Part shown: in pieces, positions 36,756-52,811 of the stretch
How the letters are laid out: the number at the start of each line of letters is the position of its first letter
Numbering within the stretch: position 1 is the stretch's first letter
Origin: Octopus sinensis
Lineage: Eukaryota
Assembly: GCF_006345805.1 (NCBI RefSeq)
Contig: NC_043001.1
Span: 66,216,001 to 66,280,000 of the forward strand
DNA length: 64,000 nucleotides
Direction: 5' to 3'
Translations under genes and position numbers: made by a program
The notes under the pieces: generated by a model
Database searches by the model: none
The model's input: only the letters and a program-made list of their open reading frames with translations
Told to the model about the DNA's origin: nothing

Positions 36756-37112
36756 AATTATTATTATTATTTTTTATTATTATTATTATTATTATCATTA
36801 TTATTATTATTATTAAAGAAGCAAAAAAAAAAGAAGAGTGCTATTCTTATCAAGTGAACGATATTTTGGCATCTGGTGTGCCTTCCACGGGTTCAAAAAA
36901 TAAACTTGTCAATCTACTTCATTTTCTTCTCTTTTTTTTGCTTCTGTATACCTGGAGGAGTTACCTCAATCCTATAAAATATTACGCAAGTAGATTGACA
37001 AGTTTATTTTTTGAGCCTGTGGAAGGCACACCTGATGCCGATATATCGTTCACTTGATAACAATGGCACTCTTCATTTTTTTTCGCTTTTTTTTCGCTAG
37101 TGGAGGAGTTAC

Positions 37113-37178
<66 letters not shown>

Positions 37179-37732
37179 GAGTGAGAGAGCAGTGCATGCC
37201 ATCAAAGTGACACTGGAGTAAAATATACGAAGCCCTATATACCCATCATGACTACCCGTCTGATAAGGGTACACCAGACACATGCATCAGAACCATATGT
37301 GCGCGACATGGTGATCTCATATCAAGATAAACAGCACATGACCTTGCAGGTGGGGCCCAGTTAGAATTTTCTTCGGGTTGAGTAGCCCATCCCGCTCAAA
37401 AGGTCCCTGAATAAGGGTTGTTTAAGGATGTTGAAAGAACCACCCATGTTTCCAGAGGTGAATTATTCAAACCCCAAAGAATCCCTCTCAACACATGGCT
37501 ATGATGCTCCCCCACTACTTCTGCTCGTGATCAGAGATGCACATATCGTCAGCCACTAAGGGACATGCTCAACTGGTTATGGTCAAACAACTGACAAGCA
37601 AATCTGTGGTATTGAGCAGAATATTTGCTGTAGCCCATCTTTTATACTAAGACAAAACAATGTACATGATAACACTTCCAATCAGTTAAGATCAGAAGCC
37701 ATGAGAGCCACTGCCTGGTACTGCATCAGGGC
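37179..37732 (+). mobile_element. Family C ~550-bp SINE-like repeat
   Basis: Reverse complement of 15461-15996. Confidence 0.85.
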
Positions 37733-37803
<71 letters not shown>

Positions 37804-37905
37804 GTGTATACACATATACATATATTTATACACACACACGTGCGCGCACAAAAGCACAAATTGACAGACTCGCATGTTTTATAAATATGTGGATATATTC
37901 AAATA

Positions 37906-38612
37906 CAGTGACGTAGCTAGGGTTTGTGCCGCCCGGTGCAGCCCTTGCTGTATTTGTACATCAACTGGGACCCCACGCCTATACAAGCTTATACAGTAGA
38001 CCCAAAAATGCCGACCATAAAAAATGTCATCCGGGATGCGAAATTTTTTTCCCTCGAGAGTTCCGGATCTCAGATATGAACTCATTTACATGCAGCCAAG
38101 CAGTGATCAACTATCAAACTAATTTATGAGCGCATAGCAAGTGATGGGCGATAAGATATGATCACTTGGGTAAGGAATGACCATGCTTCTTTTCTTTCTT
38201 AAGAATGCTTGTTCTTGTTTCAACCATGGCTGCCCCTGCGTAGTTATTTGTGTTGTTTACTTTTTAAAACAGTAAGGAGAGAGGGCTGCTTGCACATCAC
38301 GCTCTACTCACATTTTCCCATCAACATGTGTATCATATAGGGCCCTAACAAAATCCAATAATAGGTATAGATGCAAATCTATCTAATTACTTGTCTCCTA
38401 AAATCAGACATAACTTAGCGATCGGTCAACTTACAAGACCGTTCTTCGCCTTGAGTTTACTTGGTAGAGTGTGTTTGTTAACTTGACAACAAGATCAAGG
38501 TGAGCTCTGATTGGCTGTTTGCAAATGGATTCATTACTGGGGTCCGGAACTCTCGTGAGAAAGAAATTTCGCGTCCGGGACGGACCGCCCCCACCTACCA
38601 GCTACGCTACTA
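37906..38612. mobile_element. Old MITE with hAT-like termini
   Basis: CAGTGACGTAGCTAG ... CAGCTACGCTACTA termini plus ~45-bp sub-terminal inverted repeats (38030-38073 / 38538-38581). No TSD recognised. Confidence 0.5.
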
Positions 38613-39214
38613 CATATGTGAATGTATTCAATGGTGTAAGTATGTGGATACATTCAATAGCGAATAAAATCTGGATGTGTATCAGATAAGTTCATAAAAC
38701 TAAGTTTTATTACAGCTCTGTCGTGTTTTTATAATAATTGACAAAGAATATTCCTTTGATATTTTAGTTATGAAGGAGGGTTGGAGCCCTTTCCTCCTGA
38801 GTAAACCTTTAAAAATCATAACTAAATTTGACGTATTATCCTAACGTCAATGGAATTTATAATGTAAAAGGCAATATTCTTTTACTCTTTTACTTGTTTC
38901 AGCCATGCTGAGACTTCGCCTTGAAAATTTAGTCGATCAAAGCGACCAAGAACTTATTTTAAATCTAATACATACATTGTTGGTCACTTTTTACCGAGAT
39001 ACTAAGTGGTGAGAACATAAATAAAGTAACACCGGTATTTTCAAGCGATGAGACACAAACGCAAAAACGCACACACATAAATCATAAATGCATACATAAT
39101 CACACACATACACACGCACACGTACACACAAATGCACGCACATACACATACTCACCATATATATTTGATTTTTGATTGTTATATATAAGTATATAAGGGA
39201 AATGGACAACAACA

Positions 39215-40260
39215 CTAAGGTAGGGCGGAGTATCTCAGGTCATTCAGAGTATTTAAGAAGAGTAAGGTGAATCAAAAAAGGAGAAGTAAATTTAATCAAT
39301 GTCTTACAGTTGTTTCTGGGATATCCCAGGTGATGGGTCAGCATCTCCAAACACTGGGTATTCCTTCATCTATCAATCTGTCAACATAAGTATCTTAGAA
39401 GTTCGCTAGCTGCAATAATCTTTTTAATTGTTACTTTTTAATTTCAGTTTTTAACTTTTAATTTTAAATATATTCCCTTAAGTTAGGCATCTATTTCTAG
39501 CATTTTAGCTCTCCTTATGACCACTGAACTAAAGTTAAACATTCTTTCTGACCACACTGAACCTAAAATCCATCTATTTAATTACCCTTTAATAGCCATA
39601 AATGCCTTCCTCCTCCACTTTACCAAAACCTCAACCCCTCACCTTGAACCTACCCTGATGAAGAATAATACCTGTTATCTTTATCTTATTTTTATTTTTT
39701 ATTTTTATTTTTACTTTCGCTCTCTTTATTTCCAGTATCTACCCTCTTTCTTTTCTTTCTTTTCTCTCTTCTATTCACTCACTCACACCCGCTTTCTCTC
39801 TTATCTGTCTATCATGATGTCTGTCTCTCACACTATACACCCATGTGGGCCATTTTCCTACAAGCTAATCGCTTAATCTATTACTTCAATCTGAACGCAT
39901 CATTCAAAATACCGCCTGGATCTACCTGGGATTATACTTAAGGACCTATACCTTCATGGAAGTATGGACTAACCTCCATGCCCTCTCGAAGAAGATGAGC
40001 TGTGAACTTCATTCTCCTGCCTTTATTCTTCTATCTACTGTTTTACTCTTTTATACACTGAGAATTCTCTGTCTGGAACTTTCCTACACACATACCTTGT
40101 TTCTGATGACGAAATACCCAGCGTATGGAGATGCTTACCCATCACATGGGATATCCCAGAAACAGCTGTAAGACATTAATTACTTCTACTTCTCCTTTTT
40201 TGATTCCCCTTGCTATTATTAAATACTCTGAATGACCTGAGATACTCGTCTTACCTTGGT
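39215..40260. mobile_element. Decayed PLE 3' end with inverted pLTR arms
   Basis: 39215-39370 is the reverse complement of ~40105-40260; a hammerhead lies in the right arm; weak GIY-YIG C-terminal-like remnant at ~39800-39900. Confidence 0.65.
40098..40175 (+). ncRNA. Type I hammerhead with palindromic stem III
   Basis: TGTTT-CTGATGA...GAAA-CAGCTG-TA-AGACA; GUA site; long imperfect stem II. Confidence 0.6.
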
Positions 40261-40397
40261 TTTGATATCCATTTTCCTTTAATATATACCTGCTAGCTCG
40301 GAAGCTTACTACGGATACCTAGCTCTAGCCTCAGCTGTGTACTTGGAACACACACACACACATACAAACACACATACACACACACACATACATACAC

Positions 40398-41743
<1,346 letters not shown>

Positions 41744-42177
41744 TAAACGTATAAATATACATACACACACGCGTGAACGCACACACACACACACGCACGC
41801 ACATACACACACGCACATACACAAACAGACAAATACACACATACGTACATACATACATGCATACATACATGCATACATACATACATACATACATACAAAT
41901 ATGCGATAGACGAAGGCATTCGTCGGATAAGGGCTACAGCAGAAGACACTAGCCCAAGTTACAGCACAGGAAACTGAAACCAAAATTACGTGACTGCAAT
42001 GCGAACTTGTTTACCACATAGCCATGAAAGCACCGCAATATAATATGTACTTTTGTATCCATTGACAATACGTCAGAGCGAAGGCATAGCGTTTCTTCCT
42101 GGAAAAATTGTGCCAGACTGAAAGAGACCGCAGAAATATGTCTCAAAAATATATAACAAAACTGAAAGGAACCAATA

Positions 42178-42380
42178 TAGGCACAAGACCAGAAATTTTG
42201 TGGGAGAGGGCTAGTCGATTACATCGACCCCAGTGCTTTGCCTGCTACTTAATCTCTCGACCCCGGAAGGATGAAAGGCAAATTCGACCTCGGCGAAATT
42301 CGAACTCAGAACGTAAAGTCAGACGAAATACTGCTAAGCATTTTGTCCGGCGTACTTACGGTTCTACCTACTAGCCGCCT
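42178..42380 (-). mobile_element. tRNA-derived SINE, family B
   Basis: Reverse family B core. Confidence 0.8.
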
Positions 42381-43679
42381 TAAAGGAACCAATAATAATG
42401 ATAGTGTATCAAATCTGCTACAGACTGAAGTGTTGTCAGGCTTACAGAAGTAATTTAAATGTATGGAATATATTTTGAAACGAATTTCTAAGGTTGATAA
42501 CAAGGAATCTTTAAGGTACCTTCTACCATCTTCATATCACTACGAAGTGATTTACAATCCAACAAAACAATTTCTGTCTCATAAATAGCAGCTAAATCTC
42601 CTCCCAATCGTAGCCTAACATCTTAAAAAAGGAAAGATTCCTTGTATTATGTAGTCCTAGATATATAAAAGACATGATTTTTAAGTTGGGATACATTTAT
42701 AGGTTTGCTTGATCAGAGCAATAACAAAAACGTGTTTGCCTCCTGAAGTGATTAAATGAGATCGGTTTATATATTAAATTTTATGAATACTAGGACACAT
42801 TCTCGTAAATGAGTAGATGATATTTTTGTGTTGTTTAAAAGATATCTCTTAAGCGAGAAAACCTAAATCTACCACAAAAGCAATAAAACTAAAACGACCG
42901 ACATTTTGATGAGGACTTAACAATATTTTCCCTGCTTTTGACGATTATACAAATATGTTGTTGGAACATTCAGATTTGCTGCTATTACTTAGCTGTCTTT
43001 CCAATTTTTTCTTTATTTCTCTTCCTTCCTTCACACTAAATTCAGTAGCCTTTAATAAATTGCACTTTCTCATACGTTTTCAGCTCGTGGATGGATCAGT
43101 TATAAAACAAGTTTGTCCCATTTTCTACTAAATTGTACTTCATTACCTCCAACTAATATTCTTTCAAATCTCAGATTTAACCCATTGCCCTTTCAACGTT
43201 TATGAAATTATCTTCATAATTTTTTTTTTGTCCTGACTGTAATCATTCATTTCCAAATATTCTATACTTCATACTTTTCTTGTCAAAACAAATATTTTTT
43301 GTTACTTATTTACATTCTTTTTTGAATAAATTTTATCTATTCTCTCTTTTAGAGCTTTATTTAATATTTTACATCTCATGAAATCATATTGTAGACCTTA
43401 GTAAATTTCAAATTCTGTACGAATGTCCCAAAAGATATTAACCTCAAAATATTTGGATGTTAAAAAGGAAACATGCAACGAAAAGTTATCCCGAAATATC
43501 TTATCTATCAACTAAATTGTTTATAATACATATATAATATTACTAGACCTGCTAGAAATGGCAATCAAGTCTCCTTAGATTACTCCCTGTCGCCTTTGGA
43601 AAGGAATCAAACGCTGAATGGTGTAGTACTATGTTTGATCAACTATTGTGTGGTTATGTAAGTAACAATGAGCACAGCA

Positions 43680-45200
43680 TCAGAACAATTGTAGACCATA
43701 ACAACACAAGAATTAATACAGAGCTGCAAAAAGAAAAAAATACGAGTCACTGGAAGACACTAGGATATGATAATATTCTAAACTTCTGGTTAAATTATTT
43801 AACTGAAGCACAAAGTGCTAGTAAATGTATCTAATAAGACTATAACAAAATCCAACTAACTCACTGAGGGAAACAAACCATCTTCATGACTAACATGAAC
43901 AGAATAACGATCCACAGAATACTTTACTGCAGCCTACAAAACCTTAACTACTATAACAGAGAATAAACAAACAATTGGCCTATTTAATTGTTAAGATCCC
44001 TTACTGATTCTAATGCCATATTCAACGGTTGTGGTAGAGAGAAGGTTCTGGGTCTGGCATGACTACCAGAAGGCTTTTAACACGTGGATCCGGGAAACAT
44101 TAGCAGGATAAATGCATGAAACACGTTAAGAGCAAGAGAATAAATTCGCAACACAAGAATTTGTGGAACAACAATTAAACCACAATTTTTAACCACACAA
44201 AAAAGAATATCGGTATGACACTGTTGGGACCTTCATACGCTGAAAATTAATTGAGTATTATAAAAATGCTAACAGAAAAAGTTGGTAATAATATTAGCAG
44301 AAATATACTCATAGAAAGACCACACCCTTGGTTATACCATTCCACACAGACTACCAAAAAAAGATGTGTCAGTACCCTTTATATTGTAATATAGAAGAAA
44401 TATAGCCGTTATTGATATACAGAGATCTGGAAATCCAGATAACCAAAACAGTCTCTATAATAATAGGTGCTTCAGGAATGATTAAAAACATGCTAACAAA
44501 TTTATAATCAAAACTTCAACACTTATAAATTTACTTATCATACAGGAAATAGCCGCTGTTACATTGTGTAAAGAACTGTCGATACAATGAAAAATTGGAA
44601 ATAATACAAAAGCATACGCATGCCTAAGGTGCACAGAGCTTGGTTCGATATTGCAATGAAAGCGCACTGTACACTAGTAAAAGATAATAATTCGGAGAAT
44701 ATTCGAAATGCTTCAATGCCAAGGTTGAAAAATGACAAAGAAAAAAGAGAAGATAAAGAACACTGGTCCTATGCTTACAGATTAAAACTTGATGTTTGAG
44801 TCATCGGAGGAAGAATATAAATAGATTTGGAATCTTGAAAGGATAAGAAAGTGTCACCGGACAAAGTAGTCAGAATACTCTTGCAGTAAGAATATTTAAT
44901 TATATCCTGAAAAAAGATAGGAGTAAACAACACCACTGACTCAAATGACTTGCTATATTGCAGATTTGACTTGTCACATATATATTTAGATGTTGAATTA
45001 TGATCCAGAGAATATTATGGTCACAATGAATATTATGAGAAAGGAAATGGCAAAAATAATTTTAAAAATAACTAAATCTGAGTCAGCTTTAAAGAATATC
45101 AAAAACCAAAGGTTGCTGAAAAATTTGTGTAAACATATAGCATGACAGAAGAGTTTAACGGAAGTAATTGAGGAGGGAGGAAATATATATTTTACAATGG
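43680..45200 (+). mobile_element. Highly decayed RLE-type LINE remnant
   Basis: HWKTLGYDNILNFWLNYLT resembles the WKxPGxDxIxNFW RT-start motif; the remainder is unreadable. Confidence 0.4.
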
Positions 45201-46381
45201 GTAAAGGGGTGTAAATAAAACAGAAGCTTTATGAATGACGTTATATTGTTCTGTCATTAGACATAGTATAGGTGCAATCTTGGCTATGGAGTTAAGAAGC
45301 TCACTTTGCAGCCATGTTGCTACGTGTACGATCTCACACCGCGGTATTGGACAAGAACCTTCTACAATAACTATGGGCTGAGTAAGACCTTATGACTAAA
45401 ATTTAGTAAACGAAAATTGCGAAAGCTCATTGTATCTACAAACATCTCTACCAACCCGTAATTCGTTTGCGGTGAGTCGCCGATTAGCTCCACCCGTCAT
45501 TGTACGATGACCAGAATATCATAAGAGAGACAATCTCTTTTATCGGTACACCCTGTCCAGTTTCTGTGCCTGTAGAGGAGATGACCACTCTGAAATACTT
45601 GCATCCCACAGTCTGGGTAAATGGCGCAGCAGGCTGATTTTGGTGTATTTACACCATTTGTCTACAGCGAGAAATTTTCTCCGTGACAAAACACATTGAA
45701 CGACGTTCTTACGGGTTCGAATAAATCGCAAGCATATTTGAACTTTGTATACACATCACTGCTTAGCGCTGCCACCCCGCAATTTATTTGCATGTGTCTA
45801 TTTATAAGTTTGCACGCGCGTGTGCACATACGGATGCACACAAACACAGACTCACTCACGAGCTCACTCACGCACTCACACACATATTCACATACACACA
45901 CATATCATTTAGACTCTTGATTCGGCCCCTTTTAATTGTAGTCAGACCTCTGCTAACGAGCGACCACTGCTACCTACCTGTCCTACCTACACATATATAC
46001 ATACACGTCTAATCTACACCAGACACTAAGTCACACACACTCAGATATACATGTGCATGCAAACAGACATACACTCACTCGCTCGCACACAAACACGCGC
46101 ACGCACCCTACTGATATCCACAACCTGGTACTGCCAGCAATCCCTATACATACTCACATACACGGACACGGACACACACATAACATACAGATATGCATAC
46201 ATAGATACACATACATAGATATACATGCGCATACACAGACACCCACATCCACAGACAAACACAAACATGCGTACACACACAAATATATATACACATACAC
46301 ATTATCCCTCGCATACACATTTACCCTCGCATATACGCACAAACTACAATTACCTCTCACACTTTCAGTTTATTAGAGATT

Positions 46382-46952
46382 CTTTTCTTCTCTAGGCACA
46401 AGGCCCGAAATCTTGGTGGGAGGGAGCCAGTCGATTAGATCGACCTCATTACGCAAATGGTACTTAATTTATCGATCCCGAAAAGATGAAAGACGAAGTC
46501 GACATACATAAGCATTTCGCCCGGCGTGCTAACGTTTCTTATTTCTTTATTGCCCACAAGGGGCTAAACATAGAGGGGACGAACAAAGACAGATAAACGG
46601 ATTAAGTCGATTATATCGACTCCAGTGCGTAACTGGTAATTATTTAATCGACCCCGAATGGATGAAAGGCAAAGTCGACCTCGGCAGAATTTGAATTCAG
46701 AACGTAGCGGCAGGCGAAATACCTATTTCTTTACTATCCACAAGGGGCTAAACACAGAGGAGACAAACAAGGACAGACAGACGGATTAAGTCGATTATAT
46801 AGACCCCAGTACGTAACTGGTCCTTAATTTATCGACCCCGAAAGAATGAAAGGCAAAGACCTCGGCAGAATTTGAACTCACAACGTAGCAGCAGATGAAA
46901 TACCGCTAAGCATTACGCCCGGCGCGCTAACGTTTCCGCCAGTTCGCCGCCT
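46382..46952 (-). mobile_element. Family B SINE with internal tandem duplications
   Basis: CGACCCCGAA.GGATGAAAGGCAAAG block repeated about 3 times, with CACAAGGGGCTAAACA spacers. Confidence 0.85.
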
Positions 46953-47465
46953 TTCAGTTTATTAGAGATTGGACATCTGAGCTACCCACGTGCGTTTCTC
47001 CTGGCTCTCTCCTCTTTTCTTATCTTCTTTCCTCCTGTCTTTCTCCTCTTCCCTGGACATATCCGAAACGTTATACTTTTACTCTATAACTTTCATTTCA
47101 TAGCTTTATCCTTCTTCGAGTGTCAATCTAATAATAATAACTGTGAACGTCTCTTGGACTTTTGTTGCGCTTGTGTATGTAATTTTGTCTTTTGTTTTGA
47201 TTTTATATGGTGGCTGCCCTCTCGTTATCGAGTATGACCATTGCACGAAGCTTAATCAATGTTTTTATCGTGCAATGCCTCTGCAAGAAGATTTTTTTAA
47301 AGTGAGGAAAGGCTGTGTACTGAGTCAATCCCACTCACTAAGCAGCAGTAGCCATAATCCGAAAAGAAGAACAAGTCAACATCATCGGTAACCACTGAGC
47401 CGCAGGTTTCATGTTACCTAAGTTACCTTCTCCTAGAAGGATGCCTTAACAAAGCTAGGAGTCCT

Positions 47466-47649
47466 TCACTCCCAATGGTTTAACCGCGCGACCGGGTATT
47501 CAGTCCGATTATTTCTATGTCCCCGCGCATGATACAGCCTTAAGACATTTATTGGATAGCCGTTGACTCTCAAAAGTTCCTCCGCCCTTTGACGGGTTTT
47601 GTTTTTCATCCCGCAGGGTGTCCAATAAACACCCTCCTCACCAAGCAAG

Positions 47650-47650
<1 letters not shown>
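47466..47650 (-). mobile_element. Short PLE fragment (RT thumb region)
   Basis: AEELLRVNGYP resembles the PLE L..NGYP motif. Confidence 0.45.
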
Positions 47651-47687
<37 letters not shown>

Positions 47688-47690
<3 letters not shown>

Positions 47691-48061
47691 TTGCGTCAGA
47701 AATTAATTAGCACTTCTCAAATTTCTACATTAAATAGGTTAAATCAATTAACCTATGAGCTGTTCAAAACGTCTTACGCGATAAGAAAACTTAGTATGGT
47801 GTGATTTCGGTCCTTGCGAGGCGCTACCTATATCTATTAAACAAAGGAAGATTTGTCTGCATCCGCACTCCAAGTTGTTGCACTGCTATGTCAACATCAT
47901 AAGGCTGTAGACTCTCAAACTGCTCTGCAAACAAAGTTACGTCATCGTTCTGCGCAACAGTGAACTCGCAACAAAGCAATAGTTCGAGATATGGCCACTA
48001 GGTGACAGCACATACCTTGAGTGAAGAGCAAATCAAGGGTGCTAATTAATTTCTGACGGTA

Positions 48062-48064
<3 letters not shown>
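47688..48064. mobile_element. Tc1/mariner-type MITE
   Basis: 26-bp TIRs CAC(TT/TA)(G/C)CGTCAGAAATTAATTAGCAC (24/26 match); embedded in (TA)n. Confidence 0.85.
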
Positions 48065-48116
<52 letters not shown>

Positions 48117-51100
48117 ATAAAATAAGGGCAAAAGAAAAATTCTAATGCCAAATATGCCGAAAGAAAACAAAATTGTCAATAACCATTATAATTTATGCGT
48201 CTCGAAACAAGCCGATAGAAATTTCTAAAAAATCCGTTATTACCGTATTGGTCCCAATTTCGGGGTTAATTCATAAGAATTTTCCCCTCTTCTGCGATAA
48301 ATACGTAAGACATAAATGAAATACTTACTCATACACATGGAAAAAGCAAGCACTAAGTCCTGAGCAGACCTAAGTACCCCAAATATATTCAAAATAGAAA
48401 AGCTTCGGCACATCTCGAGACACGTGTGATTCGAACTAGAAACTTTCACAGAGTGAGAGAATCCGGAAGTGAACACTTAAATTTACAACTAATGTAGGAT
48501 AAAATTTTTTTCGAAAAAAAATTTTATCAATGGCCAGCATATCAAAAAATACCTTTAAAGGTTAAATTTATAAATAAGGGGAAAATTATATCTAAATGTG
48601 TGTATGCATGAGTATATTTATTTATGTGTGTGTGTATGTATATCTGTGTGTGTAACGAACCAGCGAGTGGACTTTCTGATACCTGAAACCAGGACGCTAG
48701 TATACACAAATTGTGTTATATAAATAAATAAATAAATAATATAAATAAATAAATGGATTGTAAAAAGAAATATCAAAGCGTTGAGATTCCAAATATGAGA
48801 AATGAATGTGGACACCTACAAGTGCTACAATCTGGATTCAACAGTTGTGGGTAGAATTTCAAAACACAACACAGCAAGAATACCTATATTTAAAGAAAGA
48901 AAACCATATTGAGTAAATTAAATAAAAACATCAAATTGGTAAATAGCGTTCATGTATAGATGGAGTTGAAAACTTTTGGCTCAAATTTTTTCATAGAATG
49001 CACTCGTCCCTGACAATATACGTCGCTTCGTGTTTTAATAGGCGTACCATTATGGTGACCAAAACAAATATTCTCTACATATCAAAGAATAAAACAAACA
49101 GATTGGAACAATGTTGCCGTTGCTGATTTAGACCTACGTCAAACCTGACTGAGCATATTTATGGCTAAAAACTTTCCATTTCCTTACATCACAAAAACTA
49201 TATATAATCAATAATATTTTTTTAAGTCGTGGGATTGTACTAGTGTCAAAAACCATCATATACAGCCTCCGTATGACTATTCTGAGGATGAATAATATTA
49301 TCAAGTAAAATGAATTAAGGATTAAAGCATATTATCGTTTGGATAGCCTCTATATATTGCTCTAACTAATTATGACAACTTTCTCCCTCAGTTTATTGTC
49401 AAATATCTTTCAAGATTTATTTTTCTTTATTTTACCTCAGCTGAAATATCGAAGGAAATTACATTTTTACTTCTTTATCTGAAGAAGAAATCAATTTAAG
49501 ACGAATTATCAAAATGCATTTTCCGTTTCTTCAAGATTAAAATATTTATCAAACATGAGAAATGGTTTATATCATTAACATGTACTCTGAATAAGTCTGA
49601 AACGAGATATTTTAACAAAATAGGGGACTGTTAAAATAAAATCAATCACTTTCAGAAACAAATGTGTTAAGGAGACACCGATTATAACATTCAGTCAATC
49701 ATCAAAACATAATGAAACTCGAATCGTTGCCAAATATTACAAACAACTGAACATTTCACTTCAAATATGACATTGTAACAAAACTTTATTGACATACAAA
49801 GCGATTTACATATATGTTTAAAGGTCAACATGAAGATGGAACATCTCAAAACAACAATAATATTGTGCAAGTTAAAGAGAGATCATATTTGATATGACAT
49901 AGGAATGAATGAACTAGAATAAATACAAAAGAAAATTTAATAAAGAATACAACTTTGCTAAAATTCAAATAAAACAAATATAGAAATAATACCCCAAATA
50001 AAACAATAGCCATCAAAACTCCTGATGCTCTCCAAATAGGTTACATTGTAACCAAGTTAAATATTATAGTGGTGATCTAAAACAGTGAGATCGTATACTA
50101 AAACCAACTTTCAAATGTATTTAATATAAATATACTGATTAGTAAAAAAAATCGTTTTAATCTAGTAAAGGCATTTTACTAGATTAAAATGCCTTTTAAT
50201 CTAGTAATCAAATGAACACAAGAATATAAACAAATCAGATTATCGAGAAAATTTGTGTCAGACTTTCTTGCACCTGAGCTTCATCAGGGACAATTACAAC
50301 TGATAATAAGTTGTAAATAATTCCATTTGTATAACCTGGTAAGATCATATTTCTGAGGGAAAATGAAATCAATTTATTTGATAGTTGCTGTGAGGGGGAT
50401 AGGGCACCCTTAAGATAAATGCCAAATTAAAGTTTGGTAGTGGATTTTGGTGATTTCATCGAAATCAATCAATGAATTATGATTCTGAAAGAAAATATCG
50501 ACGATCATCTTTTCTTCATAAAGACTAAACCAAACTTCGTTGGTGCTCCCACAAATTCACATTTGATAGGGCCTTTGTTATGAGTTGCATGAAATGTGTT
50601 CAAGAAATTTAGATTCAAATCATTACTTTGATATGCGATGTCAACGATTAATATATGAAAGGTCACTAGAAGTAGATCTTATTGCAATCAGCATATCAGA
50701 GTTAAACAAAGGTTTCTTTGTTTTTGTTGTTTCTTTTTTGTTTTGTTTTTGTCTTGTGTATGTGTTAGTTATCAAACTCTGAATATAAAAATTTAACAGA
50801 CTGGTGGGTAACAGCATAAAGTAGAACACTGTGGTGTTTTATGGAAGATGTCCCGTCACATCGAAACTTACTACGGTATACACCAAACTGGAGTTTCTCG
50901 AGGTAGTAATAGGAATAAAGATTAATCAGTCCTGATTTAAAGGAAGGATGGAGACAGAGGCTCAGCATTTATTATATTAATTGTTGTCTTATTCAACAAT
51001 GCAGCTGATGTCGAGTTTCTCTTAGTCTTCTATAAATTATTTGAGATCAGTTCAATATTAGTTATGTAGTTAATGGCAATGTAGCCAATCAGATGTGTCT

Positions 51101-51819
51101 CTAAAATTGAGATAACTCCCACTTCTGTCCTATCGTAAAAATGTTGGAGAAAGTTTCACTTCTGATATTTCTAGTACAATAGTAATGATACAGTGGATGG
51201 AAATGGAAGCACTAAATTCGTATGGTGGCTTTCATGTGCAGTTTGAATATTTTTAATGGCTAATGTATTTGCTGCATTGTATTATGTGTGACACTCTCCC
51301 GCCGGCTCAGCTAACCCTTACAACAAAGAGCAATTGTGATGCATAGTACAAAACAAAAGTGGATAGAAAAACATTTGTGGATGACATATTTACATTCTGT
51401 AAAATTCCCCACAATAACAAACGATTACTGATGGAAGCAATATACATAATACAGCGATTTGCTAAAAGAAACATAATATTTACGCCAATTACATGCAGCA
51501 ACAGCAACACACACTAAAATCGCTCCATCCTGGAGACGAAATTGTAATAATCTAGAAATGTTAATGATAAATTTAGAAATTTTACTGATCTAAACAAACT
51601 ACAAGGAACGCGTAGGAGGTATGAAAAATATTTTGTTTTTAATTAATGTCTAAAAGAAAATCTGTACCGCTAATTGGTAACAACAACGTCATGAATAACT
51701 CCTGTTGACACTGTTAAGGCTGCTAAAAAGAAAGATTTATTTCACCGATCTCAGAGGACGATCTCACTGCAAAGACGGCTGTTAAAAACAACTTTAGAGT
51801 ATTTAAAATGAACTTTATA

Positions 51820-52115
<296 letters not shown>

Positions 52116-52811
52116 AGATATCACAGTACATAGTGTACCTACTCTCTGTGAATAATCAGACTAATTTTGTGTAGTTTATCATTGTAACAGAATCGTTTAC
52201 AATTAATTTCTAACTCAATAAGCAAAACTTTTGCTAGAAATATCAAAATCTAATGAAAAAAGAAAATAAACATATTAGTCTCTTAATGAGGCACGGGTAA
52301 TTGTTTTGTTTTTAAATAAGATATCAACGAGGTATATTTGCCTTTCTTCAGGCGCTGTTGGGGGTGAGGATAAAAGTAGGCTTGCTTATGCGTTCTAATT
52401 TTGTTATGGTAGACGCACTCGCGTCTCTTTATATCCATGTGAATTTCATTTAAAATAGTAATGCTAGATTATCTCCTTCACGCAGACACTTCCGTTTCAA
52501 CTGCCAGTGAGACCACAAATAATTCTCTCTATGATTCCACTTTATTGCAGAGATGGAATTATAAAAACAACATTTTTTATGAAAGCAAAATCTATCGATT
52601 AAAGTAAATATTGCATTCGCCTTGCTGAGCGTTATGCCAGCATCAATAACACGTGAATTCTTTAATACGTATTTGTACACTCAGGGAGGTCAATCTGTAC
52701 TCGGTTTGATAACTCTACGCTATTCAGTTATGTCCCTTTATGATGTACGTTAAAATTCTTAGAGACAGACTTTGCCTTTTTTTCTTTTGAGATCGGTGAA
52801 ATAAAACTTAC

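Noticed and set aside
50155-50208. Short local inverted/tandem rearrangement (TAATCTAGTAAAGGCATTTTACTAGATTAAAATGCC)
   Set aside because: Real but tiny; a common replication template-switch scar with no sign of function.
50256-50292. Minus-strand CTGATGA...GAAAGTC hammerhead-like remnant
   Set aside because: No room for stem III, a mismatch at the base of stem I and only a 2-bp stem II; could be chance.
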